A stretch of 64,000 nt of DNA from assembly GCF_964355755.1 (NCBI RefSeq), contig NC_092679.1, positions 5,114,201 through 5,178,200 on the forward strand, written 5' to 3'. The stretch is from Antedon mediterranea. Lineage: Eukaryota; Animalia; Echinodermata. Of this stretch, positions 38,100-51,383 are shown one piece after another; the stretch's first letter is position 1, and each line of letters begins with the position of its first letter. Both the position numbers and the translations under genes were made by a program. Under the pieces are notes generated by a model that saw nothing but the letters and a program-made list of their open reading frames with translations, was not told the DNA's origin and searched no databases.

Positions 38100-38308
38100 C
38101 TATGGTATAATGTTGGTTAAAGCACTTCAAGGGTCCTGGGTTCAAGTCCGGTCACATGTCATGATTTTTTCTAAGGTAAAAATTACAACTCCACTCCCAA
38201 AGACTTGTAATAGAGCATCTTGTGTATATGTTTGTGAACCTCTCTCTGAGGGTCCCTAATGATCAGCAATTGCTGGATGGATCATCCTCATTAAATATGG
38301 TAAAAAAA
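38100..38308 (+). mobile_element. tRNA-derived SINE, copy 1 (head eroded)
   Basis: B box GGTTCAAGTCC at 38139-38149, body homologous to the reverse complement of 62268-62520, A-rich tail. Confidence 0.75.
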
Positions 38309-38599
38309 GGTATGTAAAAGTAAAACCATAATTTTAGCAAGATCAAATATTCTCCTTTAAATTAATAGCAGGATAATGATACATGTTTAATCACAATTCC
38401 ATTTCTCAGGTAACAACAAAAATGGTTGAAATGTGGTGTTTATACTGTACTAAAGGGAGCTAAAAGGCCTACAAGTTGTCAGAATCTAATTTTCATCTTA
38501 TCCTATTTCTTTCTAATGTAACCAAATCTGATATAACTACTAAGTAAAACAAGCTAAAGCAGCATGGATATTATATACCACTTGGAAAATCCATTAGTG

Positions 38600-38790
38600 A
38601 AACTGACCAATAGCAGTGGTCAAACTGTCAACCAATCAAATTAGTTGACCATAACTTAAGAAGTACTTAGCCAATCAGTAGACAAGTTGACTGACCAATT
38701 GGAATGTGTTAGCACTGAAACCAGTCAAGTGGTCAATTCAACTGACCAATCAAACTGTTACAACATTTGACCAATAAGAAACTAGTTGAT
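38600..38790 (+). repeat. Cluster of six co-oriented CCAAT boxes with about 25-bp periodicity
   Basis: CCAAT at 38607, 38632, 38671, 38695, 38746 and 38771, mostly in TGACCAAT or RRCCAATCA context. Confidence 0.65.
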
Positions 38791-41700
38791 AGAAAAGTAT
38801 TTTATTATTACACTGTAATGAATATAACAAGTCAATAGAAAACTAAGTTTTTTTTCATTCATTCAGAAAAATTAATTACATTCTGCATTTAGCAAAATAT
38901 ATGGTACACATGTTGAACATTTTAAATGTAATAGAAACATGGGAGGCTACATGATATGTTATATGTTTATAATTACATTATTTTGTGGTTGAATAGGTTT
39001 AATACCTAACATTAGAACATATTTTGTCTGTCCCAATTCTGTTTTATTGAAATGACCAAGACATGTCATGGTCTAATTACTAAAGTTAGAAAAGTAATAA
39101 ATAACATTTCAATTTATTAAATGGTTTACAACATCTGGGTCATTGTTATATTGTTTCTGGTTAAAATGCTGTAATGAATGTAGGCCAGGCTGTCCTATTT
39201 CATGACCAATGGAACCGACGACGTAGCCTACAAACGGGCAACAAAAAGCATAACTTTTTATGTACGTCGATTTAACAGCCAAACCCCATCTGGGATGCAT
39301 GTTATAAATGATGTATAAAATAATCACATTAAATTCTCTGTGGTTAGAGAAAATGGAGCACATTTCGCCTGTCCTAATTTTAATGGTTCACTGACCAATA
39401 AGACCGGCATGCCCTAGTTGGCACGACACAAAATAGAACAGACACAAAATGGAACAGACGCTAATGGCAAACATCGTAAATTACTGAAACATACTGTACT
39501 TTGTAGCACAAGTGACCACATAGCATTTATCTGGGACATGATGTTACATCATTGCCTTTTCACTGTCATGCTGCATTTATGATACTAGACAAAATCCCTA
39601 AGCAAGTTCAACATCGGGGGCAGCATATAGTGGGGTTCAATGACAGATGCAACAAATATTATCTGGACCTGGACTTTAAAGGAAAACGACGACGACGACG
39701 AAGGGAAAAAATGTTGTTACACAGGCCTAATAACCTAAATACATTTGCACATGGGATTAACATCAACTTAACTTAAAATGAAAGAGACATTATTTATTTA
39801 GCTACATTTTATATTTATAACTTACTGGATCTACATAGTAATATGACCTAATTGTCTACCATACGGTATGAATACATTCTGTATACATTTTACACATTCA
39901 TTTTATTCGCTGTAATTTATGAATTTGATTTAATGTGGACAATTTTATAAGCTATTATAAAAAACAAAATGGAGCTATATCTGCTACAGTTTGTTTAGTA
40001 AAAGCTCTCTGAGACAAGCATTATAAATTAATTTTTTTTTTTAAAGCAATCATTAAATATTGTGATTCTTCAATTCTAATCAAAAACAATTATTAATTGA
40101 TATTTTAGAAATTTTGAAAATTACCAATACCATTGACATACTAATCTATGGGTACAAGCCCATCCTCCTATGAACATTTAATCATGACCATATACTAGAA
40201 TAGGAATATACATATTTTCAAATAAATAAATTATTATTTAAAAAATTGTCATCAACATAAATAATGTAAAATTATGATTTCATATTTCGGAAAATAATCT
40301 TTTAAAACAATGTTTAATTATCTGCTTACACAAAGAGAACAGATTGCCGAGAGCAATAGGAATAATGAGGAGTTTACAAGAACTGGGATAAGAAGAAAAA
40401 CAGAAGTAATTATTTACCTGTATTTTTATTCAGCAATGCAGTATTACAGGTAAATTCCATATTGTTATATAACAGTGAATATCTAACAACATAAGTCTTA
40501 TGTTTTACTTTGAGGGGAAGGAAAAAGGTTAGGTTCGGAAGAGGGAGAAGGTTGGAACAGTATTAAACAGTTAGTCTGCTTTCAATTATGAAATGATAAA
40601 TTCCTAAAATGTTGTTTAATTAAAATTGTTACCTTTTGAATGTAGTATACATCATTTAATTACATCTACAGTAAACCATAAATAAATCTTTATATTTTAA
40701 TATTTATTCATTGTATTATGAAAAAAGTATATGTTATAAAAGCTATAATTTAAAGTCTATGTATTTTGTTAAATGAATGCAAATCATTAAAAAGCATGCT
40801 TTTATATTGTGAACTAAGATTAAGAAACGATTAAATATTAAATACAAAAGAAATAATTTGCAAGTTAAATTTGAGATTAAAACACAAATATGAAGCCAAA
40901 TAAATGTCCTTCGTTCATTGGCTTAACAATCAAGAGAAACCTAGACCCTTAGGCACAACTTTAGAAAGAATCATGTAGAGATGCTTAAAGCGGCTAGCCA
41001 ATGTTGATTAAGGCTGAGAGGGGGAAAAGAACCTAGCAACTCCAAGGGTGCCAAGTATAAAGGTCATCTCCATTGACCCTCTACGTTGGGTTCCTTGCTT
41101 GCTGATTGGTCTACGGCCTCTTGTTGTACAGTTGACAATTTCAATACCTTCAACAATCATGGCTAACTGACCGACGTCGACGCCATTGTGGAATAATGTT
41201 TTTAAGGGATTTTTGAATCAATCAAGCTTTATTTAAATTTATGAAGTCTTATGAATATGAGATTTCATTTACGTAAAGCTTGAATTATTACAATCAAACT
41301 ATGCTCTACAACATGTTATAGTTAAAAATTAATATTAAAAATTAAACTACTTAATTCTTCATCTAGATTTAAATAAATGGAAATGCTATTTATTTTTTTC
41401 CCTTACTAAGACTGGTTATTGAAAGTAAACATTGAAAATAAATATAATTAATCTAAGTATTAAAGATGGAAACAAAATATTACATACATTAAAACCTTTT
41501 CATTCATTTTAAGTCAGAATAAAAATGTTTCAAAATTTGCCTTTATAATTTGCCTAAAAGACATATTTTACATCAAATTTTGTTTACCATTTAAAGGAAA
41601 AGTACTAGGTTACACTAGTTCCAATGCTTTAAAAAAATGTCATGATTTTGCCAGTCATAGTTTTTATTGCATGAATGGCATTTCCCAGTGCAAGTAGCAG

Positions 41701-44700
41701 ATTGCACAGGCCTGGACAAAATGAACCAAAATCGGTCAATTAATCCAATTCAGTAGGAAAAAATAGTACTAAACATGTGTCAGCCCAAATAGGGTTGCGG
41801 ATAACAAGACACACTCCCCTGCGACATTGTTTCATGACTTATTTGGACGCATAAAATGAATTCATGCTGTAAATCATTGAAAGAAAACGTGACCAACAAA
41901 CGTGGGACTTTCGTCTCCCTCGGCATCTAGAACCTTCATATGAAATTACGTAAATGAATGACGGGACCGAAAGCAGTTAATGTGAAAAAGGATTTGGGGA
42001 GCTAACCTCGCAATTGTAGATTTCACAAGGGAACTGTTAACCATCCTTCAAGGATTGTGAAATGTTGAATTTCTTTTATTGGTTTTTCTGTCTGTTTCAG
42101 GTAATTGACCAATTGCTAAAATGTGATTTCCAGATTTTATTAATTGTAAACATGCTCTTTACAAGTATATTATGTAAGTGACTTAAGTTAAATCCAAGAA
42201 TACAAATAATGAGGTGTTCTACAAAAACCAAAAAAAAGGTAATCTTCCTAGTTTCCTTTCCACATGATTCTTAAAGGAGAAACCCTTATTTTAAAAATTA
42301 CCCGTGTCTGACTAGAATGTTAGAGGGTGCATGACTACATTAAATTCAGCAAATCATTTTATTTTACCTTCATAAAATTTCACCAAAAAAAATGTTCAAA
42401 AAGACAATGCGGCCTATGGAATTTATTGAGAGAAATATCTTTTTTTGGTACTTGCTATGAATGAGTGAGAATGCTCACATGAAATATGAATATACTCAAT
42501 CAATAAATTCTAATGTCCTTTGGTTGAAAGTTTCTATTTATGTAGAACAAAAAATTAATGAAAGACCACCAGGAGTATTTAAATTCAATTTCACCTATTT
42601 AGAAATAGTTTAACTTCGCATGCGCAAATGTACTCTAAAATCACGTTTCGCAAAAACGTACTTCTTAGTGTCACTGATGGGATTTGTTTCTAAGATTGAA
42701 TAATAATTGTCTTAAAAATATATCTGCGAAAAAAATAATTCATTTTTAATCGTTACATTTTATACAAAATGAGGCAAATAAACAAACAAAAAAATATTAA
42801 AACTGCGATTCTGTTTTCGTAGGCATGCGTAATACATACAACTCCATGTATTCATAAATTTTATTATTAGCATTTGCGACAGGTCTAACTTGGTAAATTA
42901 TCGCGCAACTGACGCTGTAAAATTTAAATTTGAAAATCTTAATGAAATGCAACGTATACTTGACATTCATAGAACGAACATGAATCTTCTTTATGAATAA
43001 CTACTTCTCGTGCAGTAGGACAACACGCGAACAAAATTAAATTATGAATTTTGAATCGTCTATGTCAAATCGTATTTTCAAAACATGAAATATGTCATGG
43101 GGACGAGGTCAAATGCAGGCACTGTCCTTTAAAAATAAATTTGCCGACCGTACGATTATAAATTCGAACACATTCCCAGCAATAAAAAAAAACCGCTCGA
43201 ATGCAAGGATGCATCACGTTCGCAAACCGATGGTGTACTTTTTAAATGATAAAAACATGGGTGGGGATTAACTTAAAGTAACTAATTTTATTGTTATTGG
43301 AATTCTTTATTGAATAAGTTTTAATTCAAAATATTTGACAGAGTGGTTTTTTTGGCACTGGATATTGTTTATGACCGGAGGTTTATCAATGTACCCCAGT
43401 CTTATCAAGACCTTGGAAAACACTCACATACATGGAATTTAAGTTGAAAAATGATCGGGCGACAGAATCCGAACATATGTCCTTACAACAAATCATTAAC
43501 AAGCGATTCCAATGACCTCACAATTACGACTACTGCGCATTTGAATCGAATAATTTATTAAAAATTTATCTTAAGATCTTTGAATAAGGTGCAATTTCAT
43601 TAATCAATTGATTTGCAACCCAGAAGACAAGGTCAAAAACGTCATAGGATAACATTTTTAAATTGTCTGACGCCGTACAACAACTGGTGATAAATGTTTT
43701 CATCCGCAATGACCTACTGGCAAATAAGAGCACCCCGATCGTTATCACGCATGAAAACTGAAAGTTTTCGTTGTTTATCGATGGACTTAAATAGTAACCA
43801 AAGTGGGCCTCTGTTGTTATAGGGTTTAAGCAGCAGGATTTTAACATTGATAACACTATGGACAGATGTGATAGATAAGTGTAGGGTGATATGATACGCT
43901 GACCCAAATAAATGTTTTGATAACATATTTAATGCCACCAACTGTCATGAAATCTTTGAATGTTGAAATGTAAAAACATTTTGATGTTAAAATCATGGCG
44001 TGTTTTTGAAGCACAATGGCCAAGTCAGCCATTGTGAATTATCAAGCTTTGCTGCAAAAAAATCTCTTGGTCATGACGAAGGTTGAGTGTTTAGCCTCGT
44101 TGGCCAATCACACGGCAAAGGGGAAGGTGAATACGTCTACTAATCAGGCCCAGGATTATGGGGTTACATTCAAGGCATAGAATTATTTTCCTGTGGGATA
44201 TTATCTATGTAATGTAGGCTTTTGTGTTCTTTTAAATAGAATTCAAAAAATACATAATAAAGATTCCTTTCATATTCAAAATTCAGTTTCCTAAAACGGC
44301 CACGAAAACAGAGAAAAGATCTCGCCAACAATGGGGTCAAAATCATGCATAATTAGATCAGCCGTCGCAACAATTATATTCCACGTAGGGAGGTCATGTT
44401 TTATGAAGCGAAAACAATATTCGTTGAATATTTTGTTTAGATTAGATGCATATCTACCACAAATGACATATCTATAATGATAGGTATACTGTATATCGTA
44501 TGTCCTCGGGAACGAAATGTTAGAATGATGTTTAACATTACGTACATTATTGCCTACAATGTGTCCAAATGTATAATTCATGTTTAATTGTACTTGTATC
44601 GTATAGTCCAGTTATGGCAAAGAAATTAGTACAGATGTCTCTGCAAAATTTTTATACTTAAGTGGATTCTGTACTTTATGTGTAAAGTTATGTCTCATGG

Positions 44701-45552
44701 CCGTTTTATGCGAACATGGTGATAAATTAGTCCACTACGTCACATAGATATTAGTTTTTTCTAGAGCAATGATTCTATAAATTCATTCCGATTCACCGAC
44801 CCCTAATTTATGTAGCAGCTACGGAGTGAAGTGGATTGCTCACTAATAGGGACAAAAAAGTGCACATTGTCAGAGGTCAAAGCAGCTTTAATTGGAAATA
44901 AAACTGTTTATTGCTAACTAACTATAATAGCAACTTAAAAATAAAATCAGATCATTAAACTTCTAGTAAAACATCTTTTTATTACATTTCAGGATACAAC
45001 AAATAATTTAAAAAATTGAAACATTCTGCTATAATAATAATATTAATGCTAATGTAGAACAATTTATGAATTTGATTTATTATTATCAATTTTGATAATA
45101 GCCCTGTATCTTCTTCCCTGCTGTATTCAAAACTTGAGTAGCCTAAATTGGGAATGTGTGTTTACCTCAAAGTAGAAACTGAAACTACAGTATGACATAC
45201 AGTACAGTAATATATTTTAGATTTGAACTTTTGAGGCAGAGAAAGATGACATGAGATGACATTCGTCGTATTGCATGTGCTGTGTAGTTGACAATGCATA
45301 TCTAAAATGTTGATAGAAATATAATGTTTACATTTCAACAGCTGAAATCCATAAGCAGTCACATTCTCTATGTTTACTCTTTGTTTTAGGGTTGCATAGC
45401 AACGAACGTTCTTCATAACTAATTTTTAGGCATCTTAACGTTCTTCATGATTCCACAGTAATATTCAAACATAAAAATAGGACATTATAAATTAAATGAT
45501 ATTTAAAATATAATCTAGTTTTTAAATAGCGTTGTAGCACAAGGAACACATG

Positions 45553-45664
45553 GAGGAGAAAACTGGACAGAGGTGGAAGAAATTGCCCAGAACCGTGTGA
45601 GATGGAGATGTGTAGTTGATGGCCTATGCACTACTAGCTGTAACAAGGCTTAAGAAAGTAAGTA
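45553..45664 (+). mobile_element. 3' tip of an RTE-clade LINE
   Basis: Encodes NWTEVEEIAQNRVRWRCVVDGLCTTSCNKA-stop, typical of RTE ORF ends, followed by a short (taag)n-like tail. Confidence 0.7.
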
Positions 45665-45899
45665 AGGTTTTCAAATACATGGTGCACACATGTAACACTC
45701 TTGATACACATGATTTGACAAAGAGGGCGCAAAATCTGTAGCAAAAATGGTAAATGAAAGAATTACACAAACCAGAAATGGTGTTGGTACCTTTCCTGGA
45801 AAATCAAACAATTAGCCTTTTTACCACAATGTGTGAGACAAACACCAAACGAAAAATGTTATTGGAACACCTTATCTGCCAATGAGACAGAAAACTATG

Positions 45900-45913
45900 G
45901 CGCCCTCTAGTGG
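45900..45913 (-). promoter_or_regulatory. Consensus-quality CTCF motif
   Basis: Minus strand CCACTAGAGGGCGC fits the CTCF core CCASYAGRKGGCRS. Confidence 0.55.
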
Positions 45914-46111
45914 AAACATCCCAATGTGCAACTGAGAATGTTGTAGATGAAGTGGGTTTAAAAAAATTGAATGCAACACATCCCACAAGACTAGATATGT
46001 AAACTATTCTTACTGTAGTGTATTTGTTCACCTATAAAGCAGTTTAGTTGGTGTGATGGTATAATACCTACCCTATCTACTGAGGGTCCCACGTTCTAAT
46101 ACCAACTCTTA

Positions 46112-46266
46112 AGCTCTGTCTACACTATCAAAGTTGTGACAAAAAAATGTGATGTGCCCATATATGGACATGATGTCATATCACTACCATATGTGGACAT
46201 ATTACTACCATATTTGGGCACATCACACCTTTTTTGTCAAACTAGTTTGATAGTGCAGACAGAGCT
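46112..46266. mobile_element. MITE family B, second copy
   Basis: TIRs AGCTCTGTCTACACTATCAAA / TTTGATAGTGCAGACAGAGCT with TTA on both sides; same body as 1182-1342. Confidence 0.85.
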
Positions 46267-46458
46267 TTATGCTAAATCTCTCTCCATTCTGTTTATGTAG
46301 TGAGAGTATCTTATTGTATTGTGGACTGTAGGCTATTGTGAACAAGTAATGCAATATACCGTAGTTGTCTTAACTGAGTAAACAAAACAAATACACTATT
46401 TTAACAACATTCTCCATTTTGCTATGTAATATATATTTTCTACTATTCTTCTACTACC

Positions 46459-47001
46459 TCTACATTAATAAATGCCTCTGTCACTTCTCGCCTTGATTAT
46501 TGCAACTCTCTTTTTTTTGCCCTAATCTTCAATGAATCGACTTCAACGTCTCCAGAACACTGCTGCACGCGTTCTAACTCTTATTAGAAGATCCTCACAC
46601 ATATCTCCTATTTTATATAACCTCCATTGGCTACCTATTGACTCCCGTATAAAATATAAGATCCTTTTACTAACATTTAAAGCGCTATTTCTTAAACAAC
46701 CTACTTATCTCCTTGATCTTCTTCCCACCTACACCCCTCTTGCTTGTCTTCGTTCGGCTGATCAAAACCTACTACTTGTTCCTAGAATTAACACCAAATC
46801 TTATGGACAAAGGTCTGTATGTTCTTTGCTGCTTCTCATTGGAATTCTCTCCCTCGTCATTTTACTCATTCAACTTCTATTGCTATTTTTAAAAAAGAAC
46901 TTAAAACGCATCTTTTTAACATCCAATATAAGCGCCTTTGATTTTTACTTTGGTTTAGTTGATTCTGGCGCTATACAAATACCTAAATTGTTATTATTAT
47001 A
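46459..47001 (+). mobile_element. 5'-truncated L2-like LINE (ORF2 C-terminus and 3' tail), frameshifted
   Basis: VTSRLDYCNSL / RLQRLQNTAARVLT...HISPILYNLHWLPIDSRIKYKILLLTFKAL...LRS motifs; ends gcgctatacaaat...(tta)n. Confidence 0.88.
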
Positions 47002-47065
47002 CATTTTGGAAATATATAACTTGCTATTCATGTGCAGACTTGGATAGTTAGAGCTCTTTTCTTAA

Positions 47066-47414
47066 AGATGTATTGTCCCTCTGAAAAATGTTTTTTTTTT
47101 AAGTTTTTTTTGTTGAATATGCCATTTTAATGTTTTAATAATATTTATTGACTTCGACCAAAAACTGGATCGAATAATATTTTATTTACCTAAAAAAAAT
47201 TGAATTTAAAGCAAGAAATGGTCAAATTGGCTGACAGCCAATGGATTTTTGGTTGAATTTAACCATTTATCATGTTATTTTATAAGTAAAAACATTATTT
47301 TTTGCCAGTTTTTTTCTACGGAAGTGATCCACTTTATTAAAACTACAAAATAACCTATTCAAAGTCTGATTTAACTAATCTTCATTTTTTATGTTTTTGG
47401 GGGACAATACATCT
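47066..47414 (-). mobile_element. Family C non-autonomous DNA transposon, reverse orientation
   Basis: TTAA|AGATGTATTGTCCC ... GGGACAATACATCT|TTAA; reverse complement of 29830-30159. Confidence 0.88.
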
Positions 47415-47420
47415 TTAATG

Positions 47421-47584
47421 TATTGTAGAGACATCAATTCAGGGGACACCATTATTGAAGGGACACTTCCCCATGAAACGACAATATAAGTTTTAACACT
47501 AGGGCTAACATCTATTCAGTGGAGAACCTTATTAAAAGGACGCTTTGGTCCAAAAGGTGTTCCCTTTACAGGGGGTCTACTGCA
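47421..47584. mobile_element. Degenerate Tc1/mariner/pogo-type MITE
   Basis: Eroded termini gtagag...ggggacac and gtgttcc...gtctactg with internal ggacac repeats. Confidence 0.5.
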
Positions 47585-48263
47585 CTCTTCAATAATACAA
47601 AATGTTAAATTTGTTTATACAGTATGATCAAATAGAAAATTCAAAAGCACTATTTCCACTTTAAATACAGTTGTGTGGAAGGACTATAAAAGCACTTTTT
47701 GATTGTTTACAAAAATAAAACTGCCCTGGACAGATTGTGATTCTCCTGGTATTAAAACATATGATCTGCTTTGATTACAGACTGCCCCGAGGATGACCCT
47801 ATTTGACCTGTGCGATATGCAAAATACCAAAAGACTAGCTTTAGATAACCAACATACTGTAGCCACAAAACAAGAAGCACTGTTTGATACAATACTATTA
47901 TATGCATAAAGTCCAACAAATAACTGTTGAAAATAAAATTAATTTACAGAAGGCATTTTACATACAAACTTTGTGTAAGTGATAGAAATCAAGGAGGGAG
48001 GGAAGAGAGTTAAGAAAATATAATAAGAAGGGGGCCATAGTTGTGTACGCACAGCTGAACAGTCAATAATAATGCGGTCAAGTACAGATAAGTATATAGA
48101 ATCTCTCTTGGACGTTCATTTAATCACTAGCATATTTCTACTACTGTACAGCTTATGTAAACAGTCTGTGTTTGGTTAACTCCATTAACAGTTTGCATTT
48201 GTCTGTCAAGTACTATTAATCTTTATTTAGCTCTGTCTAATCTAGACTATTGTTAGAGGCACA

Positions 48264-48562
48264 ACATAGAATTACTTGATCTGTTAACATGATTTAATGT
48301 TACCATAGAGCAAAGAAAAAGAATACTAGACTAGGTTACCTCATATTATTTGGTTCTTGTTAGTTACCAGCACAGTAACATTACTTGATCTGTTAAACAT
48401 GATTTAATGTTACCATTGAGCAATGAAAAAGAATACTAGACTTGGTTACTTCATATTATTTGGTCATTGTTAGTTATCAGCACAGTAACATTCATAGAAT
48501 TACTTGATCTGTTAACATGATTTAATGTTACCATGAAAAAGGATGCTAAACCATGTTACCAA
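48264..48562. repeat. Tandem repeat, about 110-120-bp unit, about 2.5 copies
   Basis: attacttgatctgttaacatgatttaatgttaccat occurs three times. Confidence 0.85.
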
Positions 48563-51383
48563 GCACTATTTTTGGCCCAGTCTAATCTAGACAAATATGT
48601 TCACTGTAACTTACACTAGTGTAACATAGAATTGAATACCAACCATAGAACAATTTATTTCTCTCAATTTAATAGTAGAGTAGCATCAGACATCAACGGG
48701 TTAAACACTTTAATATTATTATTGTTATTATTTGTTTTGCTTTCTTTTATTAGAGGAGTTTTTAAGTTGACAACCCTTAATTTGTCAATAGAAAATGATA
48801 GCAAAAGGTAAAATGATGATACTAATGATTGTACCAATTGATAATAATAAAAATGATTTTGATGGAATAATGATAATTGTGTTTAATGAAATGACAAGAT
48901 TGATGAGTATTGATAACTAATAATGTGATGGTTAATTTTTAATAATATAATAGATAAAAATACTCTTAGTCGTTTACAAATTATCATAATTCATAGTGAT
49001 CCAATTGAAACATTATTGCATATTTGTCTAGACAAAAGTGCATTGACCATCTGTGTTTTAAAAGCTACAAACAAGATTATTAATCAAAAATCAAAAACTT
49101 TGAACTATTTTTGTTACAACAAGTGGCATATCTGTACTCAACAGGTTTAAAATGCCTATTTTATATTTTTACACATTATATTATCACCCAATTCCCAGTG
49201 CTGTATCTCCACATAGTATCCGAAGTACAGTATCAAATGAATATTTGGTAATACAGCATCTCATTTATATCACATGTGGTGCCTGTATCATGTAAGGTTA
49301 GGTTACTATAAACACATGTGATGTTGTACAGTATTTAAACCAATATTGCTATGATACTTTGGAAATAGATACAGTACTGAGAATCAACTGATATTTATAG
49401 TCTATGTACGAAATCTACAATCTCTCTACTACCTGTATTTTGTATTCAAATGGCTATTATTACCATAACGAACATGTGCATTCACACATGACGCTGAGTA
49501 CTTTGTGTTACATCAGAAAAACTTAGAAATTTAAACATGAATCATCTTAATATTACACATATGCTAACAAGTAAAGTTGTTAAGCAATTTATAGGTAACT
49601 CTGGGAGTTGTTATTAATTTTCCAGGGACATGTAATCAATCATAGCATAAGTATCCATGTAGTGTATTCTGGACACGAAGGTAAGTCCTAGCTGCTACTT
49701 GTGGAAGGCCACCGGATGAAGCTTGTTTTCCTTCCTTGGAGAATGTTATTTCCACATAGTAATGGTTTAATAGCTATTGCATAGTAGTTTTCAATGATAT
49801 ATAACATTTTTATGTGTTGACCGTTTCAATAACCAAGGAAGTTGATCTTAAGGCATGGGGTCAAAATGTTTGAATAAACATTTGGGTTATGTTTCTTTGT
49901 AGGTGATAACTACTAAATAAAGGCCACTATTATGGGACAATGTTTTTATTATTTTTACATTTTGTTTTGGCAGTAATCTAGAATCAGATAGTAACCAATT
50001 TAGTGAAACATTAGTAAAAATCTTTAATTCTAAATTAGAATTGTCCAAAAAGAGATGCATTACTCGACAGAATAATTAGGTTCAAAGCTTTAGTTTATGG
50101 ATCACTAAAAAAGGTACTGTAAAAGTGGCTCTATATTCTCTGAACACACTAATATTTTTCAACCAGATACTAATTTACAGCTGATGTTGTTCTAATCTGA
50201 TCTAGAATTGACCTAGGTCATACTGAAACTCAAATACATATAAAATATAATTTAATAATACTGTACATATTAAAATAAATAATTAATACACAACAAATAA
50301 GTTTATGGTTTATAATTTTATTGGAATAATGATATTAATAATTCTAAATGTAAATATGTGAACACAAATTGTTATAATAGAGGATATAAAATCAGAAGCA
50401 TCCATGAAAATTCATAAACAACAGAAGGCCACCGGAAAAATATTTATCAGTCGTTTTTCCTTTCTCAGAAATAATTTTTTTTTATCTAAGAATGGGCTGA
50501 CCATAAGTGGTTATATTAGTGCAATGGGTTATACTGAACATCCGATAGTGTTAGTAGGGGATTAGCCATAAAATATCAAGCCATAACACATTCGAAAACT
50601 GCATATCTTTTTATCTTTTCAGGAAGTCACATGACACACATCATTTAAATGTATACTGCCCTCTTTTGGAACTTGATGGAAACAATACGATCAGAAGGTT
50701 TGTGGAAAATAACAGATCTTTACCCTCTAAAAACACATAAGATTGTTGTGAACGCTTTTGTTTATTAACAATGGCGTATAATAGAGTTTAGTGAGAGTTG
50801 GCATTTATCAAAATTCAATTGTGCAGCGGACATACAATGGGTTATACCATTTTGTAAAGATCATTTTTAGAACATAGATTAGTAGCAAGTATTCAAGGTC
50901 AAGTAGCTGGGTACAATAGAATCGTTAGATCATATTACACAATCCGTATATTAAATATTGCAGAGATTTAATAGTAATAAAGCAGATGTAACCATCTACT
51001 CACATTAAGTAAACCACCTACAGTATACTCAAATTAGCCACAGTGTTCAGTTATCTACAAACTTGGGGCCTAACCAAACTAATCTGTAAACAAATGATAA
51101 TTTTTGTTTCTGTTACATACATATAATACATTAACATTATTTCATGAATATTTATAATTATAAATATTTATGAATGTTAATTCAGAATGTATTATGCAAA
51201 TTAGGTATAAAGCATTAACTATACTTTTACCAATAAAAACTGTTCATTTCTAAACATTACATTGAATTAAAGCCGGAAATATTACATAATAAATCAATTT
51301 TTTTTTGTCATACATTTCTAACCTACAGATATAAAATTGACAATGAAACTTCAATTACTATTAGGTTTATTAATATTATCTAA

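Noticed and set aside
42271-43112. Possible second TTAA-flanked element (ttaaagga...tcctttaa)
   Set aside because: Putative TIRs match over only about 4 bp beyond TTAA and no second copy is visible.
46532-47047. 171-aa ORF as a host gene
   Set aside because: Frameshifted LINE ORF2 remnant.
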